DNA from: Eledone cirrhosa
Taxonomy: Eukaryota
Length of the DNA: 64,000 bases
Assembly (NCBI GenBank): GCA_964016885.1
Contig: OZ024742.1
Span: 158,906,001 to 158,970,000, forward strand
Direction: 5' to 3'
Numbering within the stretch: position 1 is the first letter of the stretch; the number at the start of each line of letters is the position of its first letter. Shown here piece after piece: positions 63,001 through 64,000 of this stretch. The position numbers were made by a program, and so were the translations under genes. The notes under the pieces were generated by a model. It ran no database searches, was not told the origin of the DNA, and saw only the letters and a program-made list of their open reading frames with translations.

Positions 63001-63725
63001 TTTGTTCTTTTGTTGGAACATGGTGTTGGTAACACACAGATCCAGCTCCTCACACATCTGCAGCAGGAGCATACCATTGCTGTTACACTTTCCCACCCCA
63101 TGCCTTCCGATTACATTCCATGTGTTATAATCCCTACCCACTCTAGCATTAAAGTCACCAAGCACGATGACTTTGTCTGCATGAGGGATATTTCTTAAAA
63201 CACCTTTCAAGGCATGGTAAAAGGACACTTTTTCTTCATCGACAAAATTCATAGTTGGAGCATACACACTCACCAGGGTTGCATATCTTCCTTTGTCCGG
63301 CGGAACTCTCATGGACATAAGACGCTCACTAATCCCTACTGGGAATTCTTCTAATTTATTCACAAGTACAGTCTTAACAGCAAATCCTACCCCAGCCTCT
63401 CTTCTGGTTCCTTCATCTCTTCCTTTCCAGAAGAATGTATATTCTCCACAAAATTCCGTAAGATGACCATCTTCAGCTAACCTCGTCTCAGATAAAGCTA
63501 CGATGTCAAGATCGTAACGTCGAAGCTCCTTTGTAACAAGAGAAGTCCTTCGTTCAGGACGTTCCAAGGAATCTCTGTCAAGCAGCGTCCGTACGTTCCA
63601 GCAGCCAAGACTTGTTTGGCTCTATTACAGTGGCACGATGACGAGCGGGCCCAGGCTGTGATAACCTGAGGCCCCTGCCCTTATTGCCAATTATCTCTTT
63701 TGTTCCAGAACCTTTGTTCCAGAAC
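60098..63725 (-). mobile_element. Decayed copy of the RTE LINE at 20510-24737, lacking the 5' UTR
   Basis: Frameshifted ORF pieces match APE, RT and zinc-finger regions of the intact ORF. Same 3' terminus. Confidence 0.95.
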
Positions 63726-63881
63726 GAGATTTTCTATTTTTGTGAAGGATTAAATTTGAGCAAATATGATTAACAACACAAATTATACACAAGACAACAC
63801 CCACATAGGCATCCCACACATCCCCACAGACATATATATACACATAGGTATATACACATATATATATACTTACATACATTA

Positions 63882-63917
<36 letters not shown>

Positions 63918-64000
63918 CGTGTATACATACATAATACATATATACATACAAAGGTACGTACATATATACATACATGCAAACATACATCCGTACATACATA

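Overview
AT-rich, microsatellite-dominated eukaryotic (animal) genomic DNA. It is probably a cephalopod/octopus-type genome, inferred from repeat style and SINE types, not proven. No host protein-coding gene is supportable. The window is a mosaic of mobile elements set in (TA)n/(CATA)n tracts. It holds four decayed Penelope-like elements (PLE; RT and/or GIY-YIG), one apparently intact RTE-clade LINE (APE-RT-3xC2H2; ORF 20898-24443) plus a decayed copy, and four copies of a ~610-bp RTE-derived non-autonomous element. It also holds a CR1-type LINE fragment, an internally deleted Helitron and tRNA-type SINEs. The most striking signal is at least eight different short non-coding repeat families or PLE termini that each carry a type I hammerhead ribozyme (HHR) fold, read by eye. 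Several are tandem 310-540 bp retrozyme-like units, most are arranged as fold-back inversions, most have palindromic stem III, and they show recurrent non-canonical cores (U3-A8 swap, U10.1.U11.1 mismatch). All structures are manual predictions; no activity is shown.
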